From NCBI GenBank assembly GCA_001179505.1, contig CDMY01000288.1, positions 1-64,000 on the forward strand: a stretch of 64,000 nt of DNA, read 5' to 3'. This DNA comes from Vitrella brassicaformis CCMP3155 (taxonomy: Eukaryota > Protista > Chromerida). Below are positions 43,641 to 58,019 of the stretch, piece after piece. The first letter of the stretch is position 1; each line of letters begins with the position of its first letter. The notes below the pieces were generated by a model that saw only the letters and a list, made by a program, of their open reading frames with translations, was not told the DNA's origin and made no database searches. The translations under genes and the position numbers were made by a program.

Positions 43641-45537
43641 TCACTGACCGATTGTGTCGTTGTGTCTCTGTTGTGCTATTGTCTGTGGCACTGGCGTCAG
43701 CCTCCTGTGAGGCTGCAAGCTTCTTGTCCTGGCCGGCGTGGTGGTGTTGTCGTTGGCATGTTTGGCCTGCAGGGCAGCCAGCTGGCGGTCAAGACGGCGC
43801 AAGGATGCCTCCAGGGAGGACTCGATGTCTGCATGGGCAAGAAATATGGCATGAGACACGACAGGAGAGGAGAGACGTGTGACCTGCTGCTGTCTCCCCC
43901 AGTGGCTGCAGAGGTCCTTCAAGATATCCGGGCCGGACCCACTGCCCCCCCACTCCATCAACCGGCTCGCCAGTGTTGTCCATGTCTCTCTCAGAACCTT
44001 CATTTCCCCCTCCCAGCGTCTCTTGCCTCTGCTCTAGCGGCTGCCCTCCCCCCCGCTTCCAGCCAGACCGGTTCATGAGCTTGACATCCCACCTCAGCAC
44101 CTCTGCCTCAATCGCCCGCTCCTCGGCCGTCAGCGCCTTCATGTACGGGTCATCGTCCGCTGCATGAGCTTGAGCCTGAGCCTGAGCCAGAGGCATGATA
44201 GTTTCCGCCTTGTTGCTTCCTGCTGTGGCGTTGGCGTGTGGGAAGCGCTGTCTGGCTGGGGGAGGCAGAGTGATCAGAGGGGACGAGGGAGCCGTGTCTT
44301 CAATGGCGCACACAGGCGACGGGATGAAGGTCATGCCCGTGATGACAGACGTCGGTGGGCGGACGGCAGGTGGGGCGAGCAGGCACCTCTTCTTTATCGA
44401 GTCTTCGCACGATGACAGCATCATGGGTGGGGGAGGGACCGGGGGAAGAGGCGGCTTGGCTGTCGTCTGTCTTTGTGTCGCTGCGGGGGCAGCAGCAGCA
44501 GGGGCGTCTTCCCTCCTCGACTCTTCTCTCTCATCGTCAGAGGAAGACGATAGCTCAAAGAAGCCGCTGGAGTCGCTCAGAACATGCATCGGGCCACTCC
44601 CCGTGTCACCTCTCGCAACGGCAGCCGGCTGCACCATCACCTTCTCCTTGTCTGCGACACAAATCCCACATTTCTCGCTTTTATCCAGCTGAGCCGCAGT
44701 CGTCCGAGATGGCGGCCGCATGGAGAGGTCACCAGACGTCGGCACTGTTGACGGAGTGCTGACGTGGAGGGGCGGGAGGATGCGAGGAAGCGATCTCCGT
44801 TCATGCGGCGGCTTGGCAAGACATTGAGGGGGCGTTCTCGGCGATACGATAGCCGGTGGGTCATCGGGAGAGTCGTCGAGCACATCATACTCTGGCCAGA
44901 GGTCGTCAGTGATGCCGCTGGAGCTGCTGGAGCACGTCTTATCCACACGCTCTTTGTCTTTGCCGGCCGTCTTCTTCTGAATAGCTGTGGCAACCATCAT
45001 TGGCCTGTTGTCCAATGGGGAAAGAAGCGCCCGCTGCCCAAGCGCAGGTGGCGGTGTCTCGGCGGCGCTTCCATTGATCGCCTCTCCCCCAAGTCGTCTT
45101 TTCGGAGCGACAGAAGCCGGTGCAGAAGCCAATAGATGGGCCTGGGGGGTTGATGATGCCGCCGTGGCGCCAGCGGTCTTCTTCCGTCCGCAGCCTCCCT
45201 CCTCCAGATAGCGGTGGAACGCCCCACGTGCCATCTTCCGCTGGTGCAGTGACTGCTGCCTTCTTGCCTCCTCCTCTTGCAACGAGCGCTCCCTCCTCTG
45301 CTGGCTGCGCTTCCGTCTCGCGGCCGTCTCGCGATTGAGTGACCTCAGGCGGTCGACGTTGACGTGGACAGTGCGTTGGGACTCAGACGCGGCGATTGAC
45401 GAGGCGCTTCGCATCCTGTGCAGTGGGGCTAGCTGCACCAATGTGTCAGGCGGCTTTGTGAGGGGAAGGAAGGGTGGCAGGCGATTGGAGGGGGCCTTCA
45501 ACTGCAGAGGGGGAAGCGGCTCTCTCTGCAGCGGCAT
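43641..45537 (-). CDS. Hypothetical low-complexity protein (one long exon plus uncertain 3' end)
   Basis: 582-codon ORF with a basic coiled-coil segment and Ser/Pro/acidic tracts, free of intron-type microsatellites. 3' splicing unresolved. Confidence 0.55.
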
Positions 45538-45866
45538 CGATACAAACGCACTGGACTGTCTGCAGAAGGGATCTCACTGGACGACCCGCCAGGACCGCCG
45601 GGGGGGTGGCACGCATGCCATTGGGGTACCTGCAATGGACATGCATGCACGCCTGTGGGCGTCTCGGAGCCCCCCTTCGGCAGGGTGGGGACCGATTCAC
45701 GGGGATCGAGCAGGATGCGATTTTGGAGGTGACGAAGCGCAGATGAGGCGAGCACACTTGATCACCTCCAGAGCCGCATCTGTCAAAACGATGATTGCCG
45801 CTTACAAGCTACCCTCGTCGGCTAGCCCTCCTCTCGACAAGGAGCCGTAATCTCTGATCTCTCGAG

Positions 45867-48800
45867 ATGGATCCCGCTATCGACGGCTTCGTTGACCGCC
45901 TACGCGATATGTTCGGCGCACTGCCAGCCTCTCTGCGGCCGAATCCCTCATCCTACGGCCATCGAGAGCCGCTGCTGGGCTTCCTCAGCCACTCGGCAGG
46001 CCCAAACCAGGTGCACACCACCACGCCGCTGCGCTGCTCGCCCACCGACATCGACCTGATGCTTCAATTCATGACCAAGAACGGGGGGCTCACTGAGGTT
46101 GTCGAGCGGGATGGGATCATCACACCGATTGCCGTGTCCGTCGCTGACGAGGCGATGCTGGTGGACCTTGTTGATGAGGACAAGATTGTGGTCCAGGGTG
46201 TGAGTCCATCGCAGCCCCAGCAGCCCCAGCAGCAGCAGCAGGAGAGGCCGGCTGTGAATTGGAAGGCGCTCTTTGCTGAGGAAGATGAGGACGAGGACGA
46301 CATGCAACCGCAAGATCAACCAGAGCAGAAGGGACAGCTCAACGAAGGAGAGGGAGAGAGAGAGGGTGACCAAGTAGCTGCCGGGGAGCAAGGTCGCTGC
46401 CATGGAGAAGGATAAGGGAACACACACGCTGCTGTCCTGCATGTGGCCTGTGTGTGTTTCAGACATCATCGTCACTCCCGAGGCACCATGCCAACAGGAA
46501 GACAGCAAGGAGGGAACCAAGGACACACAAGAAGAACAAGCCAACACGGAGGGACCAATCGCACCGCCGATGCAGGAACAGCCCATCGCAGCTGACAAGA
46601 TGGTACTCAGCGCACACGCACACACACATCGGCGATGCACACACTTGCACAGAGCTGCTGGTTCTCCCTTGTTCAGGAAATCACGGTACAGCAGCCGGCC
46701 GAGGACATAGAGGACGCACCAAAGCCAGAGCAGCCACCTAGCCACCCTGTCGCTCCTCCGTCGCTGTCCGAGCAGATCGACACTGTCCACCGTGAGCAGG
46801 AGGAGCGTGAGGGTGAGAGTGGTCGGCTGGGTGTCCCGCCGCAGATGAGCCCCGTGACCAACCTGACCAGTGTGAGGTCATCGTTCAAACAAGACAACAA
46901 GGAGCAGGACACCGGTAGGACAGAGAATAGGATACACGCCCTAAACTAAACATCCGATGCGCGCGTGTGTATGTTGTCTACAGAGGTCTTGATGAACATC
47001 CCGAGCTCGGAGCCAGACAAAGACAACAAAGCCGGAGAAGAGCAGCAGGCAGGCGACTCGGGTGAGCAGGAAGGATCAGCGCTACCGCTACCGCAGTCGC
47101 AGCCGCCGCCAGAGGACCCCTATGCAGAGGAGACCAAGGAGGACAGCAAGCCGCCAGCCCCGCCAGAAGACCCCTACGCAAAAGAAGACGAAGAAGACAA
47201 CGGTGACAAGCGCAAGGCCGAGGGGGGCCGGAGGGATGAGTCGCGGTCACCTCTGAAGAGGGGGGGCCAGGTGTCGACCAAGGACAAGGACAAGAAGGAG
47301 AAGGAGACCCCCAGGTCAAGGTACACCACCGACACCCGACCACCGAAACACATGCAGAAATATGGTGTGTGGTGTGCATCTACCTTGGCCACACCCTCCC
47401 TCCCCAGGCCCCTGCCACGGCCTCATGATGGTCGTCGTGGTGAGGGGGACAAGGACAAGCAGAGGGCGGGTGAGAGAGATCGTGGACGGGAGAGGGAGGA
47501 GAGGCGGGCGCCAAGGAAGGACAGCAGGGACCGACCGAGGGACATCGACCGGTAAGGGAGAGGGATAATCCAACCGACCTGTGCAACGGTGCTGTCACTG
47601 CATTTCAGGCGCAGCCGTGATGGCGGCCGCAGTCGGCCTTCACCCGACTCCCGCGATCGCTCGCCGAGGAGACGACGGTCCCCGCCGGACAGACACCGAG
47701 ATCGAGACAGAGATAGGCGGAGGAGGTACGTGTGCACGCACAAACAAGACAGAGAGATGAAAGATGAACCATTACTCGCCGCTCTGTTGCCAAATGCATG
47801 CAGTCCTCCTGACCGTGTGTCATCGCGTCGGCCCCCCTCCCGGCCGCGCTTCCCCTCCCACCCATCGCCGCGGCGGCGGCGGTCGCCGTCTGAGAGGGGC
47901 CACCGATACGAGAGGGAGGGCAGACGACGCGGAAAAGGAAGCCGCAGTCGCGATAGGGACCGAGATCATCACGGGTGCGATATCTGTCCGACCAAAGCGG
48001 ACGGATGGATGGATTGATGGATGGATGGATATGTGGACCGGTGCAGGCGCAGTCGGAGGAGTCGATCCCGCTCACGATCTCGCCACAGCCGTCGGCGGTC
48101 GCCCCCACCGCCCCGCGGCCGCAGCAGACCCTCACCCAAGTCAAAGAGGTCCCGCTCGCCCCCATCCCCTCCCTCGTCCAGCAGCCGATCGGACTCCGAC
48201 TCAACGCCAGACGTCAAACGAGCCAGCAAAAAGACGAAGAAGGACGAGCAGACGAGCAGCGTGGCACCTGCTGCCGCTGCTTCCGGTTCGGGTGTTGCTG
48301 TGCCGTCCCCTGTCCACGAGGCTGCAATGAGAGAGGAGGTGATGGTTGGTGGTGTTGGTGACCTGGTGGCAGCGGCAGCTGATGCAGCTGAGGAGGGGGC
48401 GGGTGTGGGCTGGTGGGGGGTCAGGGGCTCCATCGACTGGGGCGTGAGGGAGAGCGACCTCAGTGAAGCCGAACAGGCCTTCCTGTAAGCGTACGTATGT
48501 GAGAGGGGGAGGGAGATGGCATCGATGTGTCTGTGCGTCTCGTCTCCCACAGGAAGGATTGTGAGTGGGAGAGGGTCTCCGAGATGTACAAGCAGATACG
48601 CGCTGAGACGGTCGGTGAGGGACGCACTGGGCAAGAAGGAGGGGTCGTCACACTCCTGTGCGTGTCTTTCCCGTGCATCCCGTCCATCCCTTCATGCAGG
48701 ATAGCGTCACGCAAATCAAGCTGTGGACCGACTACCTCTGTCTCTTCCGCGAGAATGCACGGCATATGGTGGGTGGGCACAGATGTGGTATACGATCATG

Positions 48801-50574
48801 TGTGTGTGTCATGGTGGTGTGATGCAGCACCAGGGTGGGACGTGGCTGTCTGTCGCGAATTTCTGTCTAGAGGGCTATCGGAAGGCGCACCGGGTCAAGT
48901 GCTACCTTACCGCATTTGCCATGTACGTCTGTGCAGCCATCACACACACACACACACATGGATCGTGTGTTGTTCGGTCCAGGCTTCTGATTGGCATTGA
49001 CGCCGCCGGCCACTTGGACCAGTGGTTCAGAAGGGTATACGCTTCCACCCACTCACTCATCTGCGTGCGTGAACGTCATCCGCACCCCTCTCTGGGTGTC
49101 TGTGTCTGTGTCCGTGTGTGTGTGGCACCAGGAGTACGCCAAGTCCAAGCTGAAGGAGACTTGGCTGCCCATGATCGAGAAACGCCTGCAGGAACTCAGC
49201 AAGGGCGACGCACAACAACAGCAGCAGCAGCCCCAGCAAGAGAAGCAGCACCAACCGGAGGGCGCCTCGCCAACCTCACAGACACTAAAGCAGGACGACG
49301 GCCATGCAATGAGCCTCAGGTGCTTGCATCTGGATGGATGGATGGATCCATGTGGCTTGTGTCTTGTGTGTGTGCAGCGGTGATCAGTTGGGGTTGCTCA
49401 AGCTGGTCATGGACCACTTCGACCAGGTGGACAAGAACAGAGCGCTCTTCGACACTTTCCGCAAAGTAAGAGAGACGGCACTGTACACCGACAGATAGAT
49501 GTACACAGAGAGAATACAATCCACCCACACGTGTCCCTCCCTGTCTGCATGGGTGCAGGAGAAACATGCCCTCCGCTGCTTTCTCGCGGCCCACCACCCC
49601 ACCCCCCTCCACGCGTCTGTCCAGACCGACCCCTTCCCTCTCCCAGTTCCCTCCCCCGCAACACCAGCACCACCCCCTCCTGTGCGCTCTCCTGCTGGCT
49701 CACCTGCGCTCGCGTCTCATCAGCATCAGCAGCCGCGACTCATCAGCTCCGTCGCATCGTCGTCTTCCATCGGCGGACACCCGCCCACACCACCACCACC
49801 AGGTGAGCCAAGTCGGTTTGCATCTGCACACACAGGTGAATGAATGGGTGTGTGGATGTGTGTGGCTGGTCTCAGGCACGTCGCCGCCCAAGCGTCGATT
49901 CGACGTGAAGCCCCAGTGGATGGTGGCCGCTCAGCAGCCCCCTCCCCCACCCCCATTGCCGCCACTTGTAGATCAGGAACAGGCGATCAACAAAGAGGAG
50001 ACCGCGCAGAGGGCTGATAATGATGGTGGTGAGGGTGTGATGGAGGAGCTGGAGAAGCGTCAGAGTCGGTTCGAGACGTCTGTTGGGCCGGTGATTGAGA
50101 AGCACCGGCTGCAGCACCTACTGGGGCTTGAGCTCACGGTCAGTGAGATGGGCACGTCCACGACTACATTGATACATCCACCGTCCTTGTGTTGTGTGTG
50201 TGTGTGTTTGTGTGTGTGTGCAGCTGTCCCGCAGCAGGCCGACCACTGACTTCCTCTCCCTCTGCCGCCGCGCATTAGCTGCCGACAAGGAGCTGCGCGA
50301 CACGCCACACTACACTCAATGGCGCACTGTCAACGTGGCTCTTTCGGTCCCCCCTGGCCACACTGAGACCAAGACGTCACCAGCTCCGTTGCTCGTGAAG
50401 GAGGAGACCAAGACATTGACAGAGGGAGGGGTCGGGGGAGTGGGTGGGGAGGTCAAAACAGAGAAGGGCGAGGGTGGCGAGAGGGATGAGCGGACAAAGG
50501 CTTTTGCGAAGGGCGTGAGTCTGCGGATCAAAAAGAAGAAAGACAGGGGGGCGGCCAAGGCGGACGGCAAGTGA
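45867..50574 (+). CDS. Large RS/RD-rich protein, possibly nuclear or RNA-processing related
   Basis: Multi-exon gene from MDPAIDGFVDRLRDMF. RS-dipeptide-rich exons at 47440-48230 (RSRSRSRHSRRRSPPPPRGRSRPSPKSKRSRSP), a helical region, and an end at ...KKKKDRGAAKADGK*. Confidence 0.7.
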
Positions 50575-50875
50575 TGCATATCGCCGGGTGGATTCATATG
50601 TGAATGGACTCTGTCTGTGTCTTGGTTTGGGTGTCTCCTTATGTCGACGACACGACGTCTAATCAATCTGGTGATGGATCCGATCCGCAGCACTCATCAT
50701 ATCATCATGTCATCATGTCTAAGTGTATGGAGCTGAGCTGGGTGCGCCGTGGCTGCTGATGCTGAGGGCTCCTCCCGGCCGTCCCTCTGGTCCATCGTCG
50801 ACCAGAGTGACGTACGAGGGGATACCTCTCCCGAGCAGCCACAGCATACCTTCTAGCTACACGTCAATCATTGGT

Positions 50876-53380
50876 CTATACAATCCATGCGACCCATTCA
50901 TTCACACACGTCTGTCTACCTGCCTGAAAATGATGAAGGACCCAGCTATCATCATAGACGTGTGGACATGATGCGCGAGAGCCCCCAAGCTGAGCGGGTT
51001 CCTCCAGCTTGCCCACCAGGCCCACCAGGCCTTCGACGACAGCCAGACACTCTCTCAGCTCATCTAGCGGCATCTCAGCGAGCCTTGAAGGCTCTCCACA
51101 CACAGGTATCTTCTTCCTCAGCATTCTTCGTCTCACGCCTTCTCCTTGGTCGGCCGCAGCGGGAAAAACCGACCCAGCACCACTTGCGCCTCGGCTAACA
51201 CCTGAGACAAGACACACGCGACACAGGAGACGGATGGAATGCACGGATGGATGGGCGATAGCGTTGCTTACCGCAGCGCACTCATTCTCATCGGCATCAG
51301 GCAGGTCCCCATGCTTGAGCATGGTCACAAACCGTTCGGGAGTGCTTGTGCTGAACCTGACATATCCACACACGCACCATTGCGCGTTCTTCTGCTGGTG
51401 TGATGTCTGCCTTGCGTGCGCACCCGGCCGTGTGTGTGGCGTTCCTGATGCCCTGCTGCACGAGTGACTGCCATGGTGGCGCGGGAGACGAAGGGGAGGG
51501 TGGCTGCAAATACGGCTGGGGAGGGGGATGCACCAAAGTGGGGTCGATCTCACTCCTGCATGCAGTCATTCGCAGATGGATGGATGGCTCTAACCCGCCC
51601 TCACGTCTATCCTTCTCTGTCTTCTGTCTATTGTCTACCAGTGGTGTTGGGGTATGTCGTGCTGCATCCTGCACTGCAGCCATGCAAGCGACCACAGGGC
51701 ATGAAGACCCAGGCCACACCCCCTTTCAGCGTCGCCGCACTCCCACACAAATCGACTCTGCAGTGAACAACACACACATTGTGTCCATCCATTCATCGCA
51801 CAGTGGCCGTCTGGCGCTTCTGACCTTTATCCTCCCAGCGGCCCTCATCGCTCTCACAGCCGGATCGTCCCAGGGCAACGGCGCATCGACGTCATCATTG
51901 CCAGTCTCTCCCTTGTTGATGTTGTTGGCCGGTGTGTCGTCACGTGTGCCGTCGCCCTCCTTGCTGGCTACTTCGGCGGTGGATGGGCTGATGGTCTCGA
52001 GCAGCGACGCGCGGAGGTCCTCGTACTCACCCATGGCGAAATCTGAGAGCGAGGGGTGCGTGTTGTACAGCCATCTGTGTGTGTGTGTGTGTGTCAGCTG
52101 CCCACCGAATAGCCGCAGGTGTGTGTCGATGCTCAGTGGTTCCTCCATGTGCTTGGAATCGTCATACACCTGCACGGACGAGCACCGGTCCGTCGGTATG
52201 GCGTGTTGAGGTCGGGTTGTGTTGACTGGCTGAATCAATTGCTGACCCTCATGGCCTCTTCCAGGGGATTCGCATCTGCCGGCAGCCTCAACATCGCCTC
52301 TATCGCAAAGGCATACGTCTTCCCCGACACAGGCAGCTGCCTGCACGCCCACACTCACTCACACAGCCACATATAGATGAGAAATGGCACTGATTGCCTC
52401 TCTGGCTTGTGTGTAGCGTAGCGCACAAACCAGTTTTCCCTGCAGACTTGGAGCACTTGGCGGACCCTCCAGTACTCCTGGCGGTCCAGGTAGTGGTCCT
52501 GATGGATCAGAACAGCAACACACAAAGCCATCGACGTGTGTGGATGGACTCACTACATATATCAGCCGATGTGTGTACCATGATGAGGTGGATCATGAAG
52601 GACGAGGGCGGGTGGCTCAGGAACGCATTGAAGCTACGCAACACCTGTACCAAAGCACCACAGCAGCAAACACTCCCGAAGGCACATGACGCGTGTTGGC
52701 CATACATGGTTTGCGTCTACCGCACCTCCAGAGGTTCATCGAGGTTGTCAGGCTGTGTGGTGAGTGTGAGCGTTATGAGTCTGTCCGCCGTCTGCTGGTG
52801 GTCGTGCGGCCGGCCCAGGTTGTAGTAGAGGTTCAGCGCCCACAGACCCACTCGATAATCATACTCATCCTGACACCTGAGGCGCACACACCAACCGCAC
52901 AACACAGAGATGCCGTCCACTGCACATGTGCTCTGTGTATCTGTGTGCGCGCCTACACTCTCCAGACGCGAAAGAGGTGTTGCGGTCCGATCTGCGGCCA
53001 CAGGTGCTGCCTGTGCAGGAGCGTCTCCTTGAGCTCTGACGCAGCCAGCTCCGCCTTGGTCAGCTGGCGCAACACAGTCTCGCCGGTCGGCAGGCGTGCA
53101 TGCGCAGACCGAGATGTGTGTAGCCTGCGCTCACACACGCACACAAGACCAATGCGTTGCTGATGATATGATTTGCACGCATTGGTCCTTACTCCCGTGG
53201 TTGCGGCTGCTGTGATATGGCCGACTGGGGTGGTGCAAGCCTCCTGGCCGGTCCCCGGCAGCCAGCAATGAGTGGGACGCGCGTCATCATAACACTTAGG
53301 GTTTGTAGGTGTAGGGTTTAGCCCGCACCACTGAATTCGCGACGAGAGACGGCTCTTTTTTGGCACGGACACAGCACTTT
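50876..53380 (-). CDS. Hypothetical multi-exon protein
   Basis: Coding-like exons between (CA)n introns: ETVLRQLTKAELAASELKETLL..., DEYDYRVGLWALNLYYNLGRP..., WLYNTHPSLSDF..., ...LRECLAVVEGLVGLVGKLEE. Start and phase not fully resolved. Confidence 0.45.
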
Positions 53381-54496
53381 CACCTGTTTTCCCCGCTCGC
53401 CCCACGGCCACCTACACGATTTGCCCCTTCTGCCCCACTTTTGCCCCTTTTGAGTGCGGCAGAACCGCAACACAACATCATGCTGCCGCTGCCGCCGAAC
53501 TTTGCGAGGAGGTCGTCGGCGACGGTCGCCCTGACGGTAGGCTGGCGGGCGTCGTATTATTTCGAGCCGCTCGTTAGCGAGCGCCAGCTGCGCAAGCGCA
53601 TCAAAGCGTTCATCACCAGCCACAGAGGCCGGCGAGATTTTCGCGATGAGACGAAGACAAGCAATACTGCGAATTTGAAGACCAGCTTTCAGAATTTCCG
53701 TCCGCGTTTGGCTTCCTGCCTTCTCCCAGCCACAGATGTTTCATTTCTTCTTCTTTTCGGACGGTTATTGGCTTGTGCTACGCCCCTCATCCCATCCCAC
53801 GCCTCCCAACTCGTCCCGACCTCCCCCGTCTCTTCCCTCCTCCACCGCCGTGCCCCGGCCAAGGTTTCCGCCGGTGACGCCTCACTTGCTTAGCGCCTGC
53901 CAGGTCAGCATAGGGCTCACGCAGCTTCCTCTCGCATCAACGAGATCATCATCAGGTATGTACCTCATGCGTTATGTCTCTTGGCTGTGGCGATGGAGTT
54001 GCGCTGTATGGATGCTGTGTAGGGATGAACGTATGATGCATTTCGTGGCTGTGTGTGTGCTCATGTATCTTGTTTCGTCGTGCCTGTCTGCAGACGAGGT
54101 GGTCCTTTTCTTCGGTTTCGCCGTCTCCCTTTCTCGACACACTTCTCAGAAGGTTGGTAAGTGCCCCACTGAGTCTGATCTTCACTGCACACTTCAATGT
54201 CTTCGTCCGCTGCTGTCAGGCATGCAACCCGTTGGTCCGACGAAAAAGGAAAGAAAAGCAGACGTTTTTAATCGATGAATTGCGTATTTCGAATAATTCA
54301 TTGTTGTGTCTTGCACCTAATCGGGAGCTTCCTCCATGATGACATGGGCGACAGGAAGGTAGACGGTACCCAAGTGTATCGTGTGAGAGATTCGAAATAT
54401 GCACTTTTTCCAGCAGAAAAAGCCGTCGCTGCCGCCGCTGCCAAAGGCTCTTCACATTGTGAAGAAGACTCGAAGTTTCTCTCTTTTGTCTTGTTT

Positions 54497-55334
54497 CTCA
54501 GAACATCGACTGCCGCCATACGGCCGACGAAACGGGCGCCTCCATTGTGAGACTGCCAATCGTCGTAAGCGTTGCCAATGCAATGGACGAATGGATGGGT
54601 GGATGGATGGATGGATGGGATCCATAGATGGGATTTCCGTGTTTGTGTGCAGACACGTTGGTCCCCACTTCTGCACAGACCAGCAGACAACTGCCCCTGG
54701 CAGCCGAAGCTGCTGGCGTCCCTCTCGAGGCAGTGCAGGAACATCAATGATGCAGCGGTGATGACACGTGTGCTCAAGGCGCTCGAGTGGCAGGTGACCG
54801 CCACACAGCCTGAGATAGAGTCCGCCAAGGAGCTCGTCCGGGAGAAAGTGAGCTGCCCACCCATCGCACCCATAAGTGAGGGACGAGAAGCACGCCCAAA
54901 GATGATATGATCTCCATTACTTTCTCTTTGTCAATCCAGGTGTGGATGATGTGCGTGCTTTCTTCGCGGCCACGGGGATGACGGGGGACCCGCTGCAGCC
55001 ATACTACCTCCCAGACGTCGACTATCCGGAGACCCTCCTCAACACCCATTATCCTGCGGTCAGCCGACATACTGCTGATGTTTGTGGCCTCTGCACGCAT
55101 GAATCGTTGTCTGTGTTGATCTGCAGATGGTGCTTGGCCAGGGAGGCTTCTCGGTGGTGCAGATGTTTGTTCGCCGGCAAAATGTACCGGAGCAGATCCG
55201 CCTGTGGCGCAACGTCGAGGCCTTCGCCGTCAAGATACTCAAGAAGGACCCCAACGAGCCCCCCTCACAACTCAAACACAAGGTGGGACGCAAGAGGAGC
55301 ACACACGACGCGAAGATACATCCCTCACACATGA

Positions 55335-55365
<31 letters not shown>

Positions 55366-55482
55366 CAGTCGAAACAGGGGTTCTCGGCTCAGCGTCGCGC
55401 CCTGATGTCCTGTACGGTGCACTCATACGAGCTGGAGCGACTTTGTGAACCTGGCGCCCATCGTAAGATTTGCAATGAATGA
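54497..55482 (+). pseudogene. Family-A kinase copy A2, truncated after the N-lobe
   Basis: ...QPEIESAKELVREKVSCPPI / VDDVRAFF...YYLPDVDYPETLL / MVLGQGGFSVVQMF...FAVKILKK / SKQGFSAQRRALMS...; then frame disruption and stop at about 55480, with no HRD or DFG exons. Confidence 0.8.
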
Positions 55483-55744
55483 ATGGATGGATGGATGGAT
55501 GGATGCCTCTCTATTTGATCATCTAGGTCATGCAGCCGAGTGGACGACCCCTGGCTGGGATTCCACCGCACCAGGTCCTAATATGTCCTCTGCTCTCTGC
55601 AGATGACGGCCATGCCCCCGTCTTGTCCTGCCACACGTGCACTCACGCAACGTAATGCGACGGTACGCACACAAACCATGAACGCAGTGACATTCTCTTG
55701 CCTTTCGTTGCATAACAGACGTGTGTGTGTATGTGTGTCTCTAG

Positions 55745-57880
55745 CAGCGACCATTCCAGCCCTACACGTTCAGCGGACGGGAGGCGAGAGGCCGCCCACC
55801 CGGAGGCAGCACTACAGCAGGTCGGGCCGCAAGAGCTGGCCAGTCGCTGCATCGGGCTGATGCGGAAGCCGCACGACAAGACGGAGGACGAGGCACGAAA
55901 GACCACCAAGACGTCGAGCACCACGATCGACACCCAGGATGGCTGTGGCTGGGTCCATGAGCGCCACGGCGAGGAAGCCCGAAACCGCACGACGGCAGGG
56001 GGATTAGGATTCGCACGTGATGCCATGGAGGTCAACGGTCACCAAGGTGAGACACCAACGATGTGTTTCCATCCCTTCCTTACCAATGCACCTCTGAGTC
56101 ATGTTTTGATTGTGTCTGTGCTGATTGAGTGCAGAGTTTGGACAGGGGAGGCAAGGGAGAGCCGACAGAGGCGCGGCGTTCCCGTCTGACAAGGGTAAGT
56201 GCGTGAGACAGCTGAGACGCCGTGTCTCCATCCCTTCCCCCTTCCCCCTACACGCCTCACTTATCTCTTGGGCGTGTTGGCTGGCTGCAGAGGTGACAGC
56301 CCGTCAGACAATGCAGGCGGGGGGATCCCTCGACCGGAACGACATGAATTCAGAGGCCTCCGCTGCCACAAGAAGGTGCAGGTATGATTGCATACCACAC
56401 TCACACAAATATGCCGGACGGTGCTGTGTGAATGCTTGTGTCGTGTCCATCTCTCCCGCTGTTCTCGCAGAGGGCCTTCATTGAGATGTTGAAGGAGGGC
56501 GAGGTGCGCAACAGGCAGACAGACCTTCATGCACATAGCAGCCGGAAATGCGCACATACTCGTGTGTCCCGCTTGTGTGTGTGGACTGCAGGAGGCCAAG
56601 AAGCAGCTGGAGGCTGACAAGGAGGCAATGGCAACCGGGGGAGGAGAGGCCATCGTTGCTTACATTTTATATTCCGCTGTCTCATCGCCTATAGCCCACG
56701 CACAGTGGAGCAGCAGAGGATACGAACGATCTGCCATGTGATGCCCGTATTCGACACATTGGCAGGTATGTGCGTGTCAGTCAGGGACAGAGATGAAGAT
56801 CCATTACTGTCCGGACTCACTCCTGTGTGTGCATGGCATGCAGGCGGCCAGGTGGTAGCGAAGACGCCCTGCGTAGGGTACACGGCGGAGAGGCAGCCGC
56901 CGCCAGAGACCATCACGGGGGACGAGGAGTGTTCCGGACGGAGAGGGCTGGGAAGAGCAGAAGATGCACTGTGTCCTGCATGAGGCCAGGTATCCAACAG
57001 ACACGTACACGCAGACAGACAGACGTGCACACGCACGGGCTTCTCTTTGTGCCTTTTCTTCCTTCAGCGTGCTCGGCCATCTCAAGGCGGCGGGCGACCA
57101 CAAGAACGTCGTGGCCATCAGAGGCGCCCGGTTCCTCCTGGACTCGTGCGCCCTGTTCATGGCCGAGGCCAAGGGCCGCTCGCTAGCCGAGGCAAGTAGA
57201 AACAAGACACACACTCGTACACACACGGATGTTCATTTGCTGAGGTCTGCCTGAACCCATTGGTGCCTTTGTGCAGATATTGCATAGTAAGGGCGCCGTC
57301 GCAGCCGGCATCGCACTTCAGGAGAGGCTGGCCATCGTCCGGCAGCTGTTCGAGGCCGTCGCCTTCATCCACCGACACGGCGTTGTCTACCGTGACATGA
57401 TGCCAGGCAATCGTAAACAGACAGATATCTTAGAGAGAGATACACACCATCATTCAGCCGGATGGATGGACGCCCATTCACTCATGTCCATTCTCTCTGT
57501 TTGTGTGAATGTGTGTGCAGTGGTGTACGATAGGCGGTCTCGGCAGCTGACGGTGGTCGACTTCGGGTCGGCGGGCGAGCGGACGTATGTCTACGTCGAC
57601 AGCAGCTGCTATGCAGCCGTCACGCCCAAGTACCAGTCGCCCGAGCTCACCACCTCCCCGTGGCGGCACCTGCATCCCGATACCCACCCTGACGATCTCA
57701 TGGACAGCCACAGCGACGTGTGGGTGACCGCCAAAATGAACATCGAGACCGAAGTGAGGGAATCGCGATATCGCCGACTGCTAGGCCCCAAGCAGGCCGA
57801 CCAAGTGATGAGCACGGCCAGCGGGCGCATTGTCGGTAGGTCCGCTGAGCAATTCACTCATAAGTACACGCGAGACACGT
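55745..57880 (+). pseudogene. Family-B kinase copy B2, frameshifted and 3'-truncated
   Basis: GQVVAKTPCVGYTAER...; frameshift near 56930 (the paralogous frame WEEQKMHCVLHEAR is out of phase); HRHGVVYRDMMPGN; VVDFGSAG...YQSPELTTSPWRHLHPDTHPDDLMDSHSDVW; breaks off at about 57880. Confidence 0.8.
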
Positions 57881-58019
57881 GTTCTTTTTGGGTGTGTGTC
57901 TCAGCCTAAATATCGCCGCCTTCATTTTATATTCGCGTGACTCATTCGCCGCCGCGACCATGTGTGTGCCACTCCACATCAACCCCATTCATTTCGATCT
58001 ACCCCACTGCCTCAGCTTG

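Noticed and set aside
53360-54480. ORFs at 53360-53893 and nearby as a transposase or other gene
   Set aside because: No DDE, HUH, RT or other recognisable motif and no consistent exon structure.
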